From Eledone cirrhosa (lineage: Eukaryota): 64,000 bases of DNA. The notes below the pieces were generated by a model that saw only the letters and a list, made by a program, of their open reading frames with translations, had not been told where the DNA came from and ran no database searches. Below, piece by piece: positions 60,639-64,000 of the stretch. The stretch is taken from positions 261,516,001 to 261,580,000 of the forward strand of contig OZ024742.1 in the NCBI GenBank assembly GCA_964016885.1. Direction: 5' to 3'. The translations under genes were made by a program, and so were the position numbers. Positions within the stretch are counted from its first letter, which is position 1, and every line of letters starts with the position of its first letter.

Positions 60639-61451
60639 ATGTATGTATGTATGTACGTATGTATGTATGTATGTATGTACGTATGTATGTATGTACGTAT
60701 GTATGTACGTATGTATGTATGTACGTATGTATGTATGTATGTATGTACGTATGTATGTATGTATGTATGTACGTATGTATGTATGTATGTATGTATGTAC
60801 GTATGTATGTATGTACGTATGTATGTATGTATGTACGTATGTATGTATGTACGTATGTATGTACGTATGTACTTGTGTATGTATGTACGTATGTGTGTAT
60901 GTATGCATGTATGTAAATGTATGTTTGTATGTATGTGTGCATGGATATGTACGTAGATATGTTTCATGGATATGTACGTATATACGCATGCATGCATATA
61001 TGTAGGTGTGTGTAAGTACGTATGTACATTTGTATGAAAGTATGTATGTACGTATGTATGTACTTATGTATGTATTCATGTATGCATGTATTCATGTGTG
61101 TATTATGTATGCATGTATGTATGTGTATATGTATCTATATGTGCGTATGTATGTATGCATGCAGGTGTGTATGTACGTATGTGTGTACATATGTATCTAT
61201 TCATGTATGTATTCATGTGTATTATGTATGCATGTATGTATGTGTGTATGTGTGTATGTATCTATGTGTGCGTATGTATGTATGCGTGCATGCAAGTGTG
61301 TATGTCTGTATTTATGCATGTATGTATGCATGTATGCATGTATATATGCAAGCATGTATATATGCATGCATGTTTATATGTATGTATGCATACATGCATG
61401 CAAGCATGTATGTATGTATATATATACGTATGTATGTATGTATGTATGTAT

Positions 61452-61924
61452 GTTCTTCTGGTTTTATAATTTCACAAAGTTTTACCAATAGAGAGAGTCG
61501 GTTTCTAACATAGACAAGACTCTCTCATTGGAATTTGCACAACATCAACTAGGTAGATATGTATGTATGTCTGCATGTGTAGATATGGATGTTATTGTAT
61601 GTGTGGATGTGGATGTTTTGAGTTGTATGTGTGCATGTGTATATACTTTGCATCTGTACATGTGTATATGCAGTTATTAGATGGAACATTTTTGGAATGT
61701 TTTACATATTTTTACTGTTCCATTAATGGATTGTACTTGTAGTTTCCTAACTAGTTGTGTTCTTTCTGTTCCTGTGAAGCCTAGCTTCTCAAGATTTGTA
61801 TTGAGGCAGTTACTAACATACCCCAGTGCCCCAATAATCACAGGTATAAAGGTATAACTCTGAAGGTGTAATCAGGGTGGAGTATCTGCAGATTTCTCAT
61901 CAGTTCTGCAAAAATATTCTCCTT
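61452..61924 (-). mobile_element. 3' fragment of an RLE-type (R4/Dong-like) non-LTR retrotransposon, frameshifted
   Basis: Minus strand, after removing the 8-bp duplication AGGTATAA at ~61842-61857, reads KENIFAELMRNLQILHPDYTFRVIPVIIGALGYVSNCLNTNLEKLGFTGTERTQLVRKLQVQSINGTVKICKTFQKCSI* (stop 61679-61677). The 'PVIIGALG...LQ...GT.KI' pattern is typical of the R4-clade C-terminus. The 3' UTR runs into (ACAT)n. Confidence 0.72.
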
Positions 61925-61959
61925 GTATGTATGTATGTATGTATGTATGTATGTATGTA

Positions 61960-62560
61960 GGGTCCTCCTATGGTGCTGACATGCAGCGTCTGTGCGAGAC
62001 TCTGGCTAAGCAAAGCTGGACTCGAAAGTCATCTTCGCAGTCATAAAGTAAGACCAGTGGTTGACTACCAGGCTGCTGTTGGAGACGCTACTCATCATGC
62101 TTGCCAAACATGTGGTAGAGAATGTAAATCAGCAGGAGGGCTCAAGCGACATGCAAAAGTACACAAACTCCAACCACAGCCAACTATTCCCAGTGAATGT
62201 TTTGGTTGCCGACTCTGTGCAAGACATTTTAGATCATTGGCTGGGCTAAAAAGTCACATTCGATCGCAGCGCTGTTAGTTGCTATCGTGTGTGTGTGTGT
62301 ATAGATATGTTTATGTGTGTGCGTGTATGTGTATATATATATGTATATGTATATTATTATTGTTGTTATTATTATTATTATTATTAATGTATGTGTGTGT
62401 GTATATGTGTGTGTGTATATATGTGTATGTATATGTGTATGTATGTATATATATATATTTCTTTTTTTAATTTTAATTTTCTTTTTTATTTATTTATTAA
62501 TTTTTTTTTTCTCCTCGTGCAATGGCCATACTCGATAACGAGGGGGCAGGCAGCCATCAT
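61960..62560 (+). mobile_element. 3' fragment of an RTE-like LINE with three tandem C2H2-type fingers
   Basis: ORF 61970-62278 encodes CSVCARLWLSKAGLESHLRSH, CQTCGRECKSAGGLKRHAKVH and CRLCARHFRSLAGLKSHIRS. Terminal motif GGCCATACTCGATAACGAG...GGCAGCCATC followed by (ATGT)n. Confidence 0.72.
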
Positions 62561-62600
62561 CATGTATGTATGTATGTATGTATGTATGTATGTATGTATG

Positions 62601-63208
62601 TTGTCAGGTCACCAGTTGGTGCTACTGGTAACATGTATCCCAGTACAACCTGTCTCATGGTCGGGTCGTTGGCGACTAAACTGGCAACCCCACCAAGGTT
62701 TCTTGGTGAGGAGGGTGACTGGACATCCTGCAGGACTAAAAACAAAACCTGTCAAAGGGCAAAGGAGCTCTTAAGAGTCAATGGCCATCCAAAATCACCG
62801 GGAGAGATGACCCCTTAGCCTTTGTCAAGGCAGAATTCTAGGAGAAGGAAAACTCTGATATAACACCTGCAACCCTGATGGTATCCAATGATGTTGACTT
62901 GTTCTTCTTTTTGGTAAATATCATCTTGGTTAAGAGAGTGGGACTGGCTTTGTGCAGTGCCTTTCCTCACTATAAAAGCTTCACAGCACAGGCATTGCTT
63001 TATATCTGGAGATCTCTCTGCACTTGTCATCACATGGTACCATGGGCCCAGCACTATGTGTCAATAATTGTCACAAGTGTAGTGTTTGTACCAGAGTTTT
63101 CAAGTCGCTGGCTGGACTAAAAAGTCACACTTGTTTAGCGCATCAGTAGGAGTTCTCCTACATGGATATAAAGTAGTGGCCGTACTCGAAAACGAGTTGG
63201 CAGCCACC
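62601..63208 (+). mobile_element. Longer (~610 bp) copy of the bipartite RTE-derived element (5'-UTR-like part fused to the 3' end)
   Basis: Contains CTAGGAGAAGGAAAACTCTGA, which I recognise as RTE 5'-region-like, then the last finger, 3' motif and (ATGT)n tail. No RT or endonuclease sequence lies between them. Confidence 0.7.
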
Positions 63209-63284
63209 ATGTATGTATGTATGTATGTATGTATGTATGTATGTATGTGTGTATGTATGTATGTATGTATGCATGTATGTATGA

Positions 63285-63540
63285 ATACTCCATACACCTG
63301 GATTTGGCATGTGGCATCTGTACTAAAGTGTGCCACTCTGCAGGTGGACTAACACGGCACCACAAAGCATGCCACGCAAATCAAACTGAGATAGGCGGGA
63401 AACCTAGCTGTATATTGTATGAAATGACATGTAAATCACTTCCAAGTCTCGTAAGCTAAGACGTTATTTGTAACATCAATAACATTTTTCGTCAATGTCT
63501 GATTTTTCTAAGAAGTGATCGTACGAACTGACTTCTACTA
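63285..63540 (+). mobile_element. Decayed RTE-like 3' fragment with C2H2 fingers
   Basis: LACGICTKVCHSAGGLTRHHKACH...SCILYEMTCKSLPSLVS*, flanked by (ATGT)n. Confidence 0.55.
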
Positions 63541-63926
63541 TATATGTATGTATGTATGTATGTGTGTGTATGTATGTATGTATGTATGTATGTATGTATG
63601 TATGTATGTATGTGTGTGTATGTATGTATGTACTTATGTGTGTGTGTATGTGTGTATGTATGTGTGTATGTATGTATGTATGTATGTATGTATGTGTGTG
63701 TATGTATGTATGTGTGTGTATGTATGTATGTATGTACTTATGTGTGTGTGTGTGTATGTGTGTATGTATGTATGTGTGTATGTATGTATGTTTGTATGTG
63801 TATGTGTGTATGTATGTATGTTTGTATGTGTATGTATGTGTATGTATGTGTGTGTGTATGTATGTATGTGTGTGTATGTATGTATGTATGTGTGTGTATG
63901 TGTGTGTGTATCTATGTATGTATGAA

Positions 63927-63961
<35 letters not shown>

Positions 63962-64000
63962 TTCTATGTATGTATGTATTTATGTGTGTATGTATGTATG

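Larger units (their letters stand above)
59906..64000. repeat. Field of (ATGT)n tetranucleotide microsatellites, pure and degenerate, hosting several retroelement fragments
   Basis: Tracts at 59906-60275, 60639-61451, 61925-61958, 62562-62600, 63209-63283 and 63544-64000. Confidence 0.95.

Noticed and set aside
60276-63208. Direct repeats as LTRs of an LTR retrotransposon
   Set aside because: No TG...CA termini, PBS, PPT or gag/pol. The repeats end in a LINE-type 3' motif and tail.

Overview
Repeat-dominated eukaryotic DNA with no recognisable host gene. The SINE, MITE and microsatellite content resembles octopus/coleoid cephalopod genomes; this is my recognition, not a database result. Bases 1-~49090 are one uninterrupted tandem array of a 33-bp monomer (GCAACGGCAGTAACGACAGCAACAACTACAATA) with 24- and 42-bp variants and kb-scale higher-order duplications. 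Its giant Thr-rich, Asn-rich, Val-rich and Cys-rich ORFs are probably artefacts of the monomer sequence. The last 15 kb is a mosaic of microsatellites with many transposon insertions: a 5'-truncated Tx1/L1-type LINE with an intact ORF, an R4/Dong-like remnant, RTE-like pieces with C2H2 fingers (including a bipartite non-autonomous derivative), an I-group 3' end, tRNA-derived SINEs, and piggyBac-type and Tc2/pogo-type MITEs. The most interesting signal is two long foldback elements inside (TA)n tracts. Each carries a hammerhead-ribozyme core with a palindromic stem III and a shared 3' motif, as expected for Penelope-like element termini. Nearly every retroelement sits in its own type of microsatellite.
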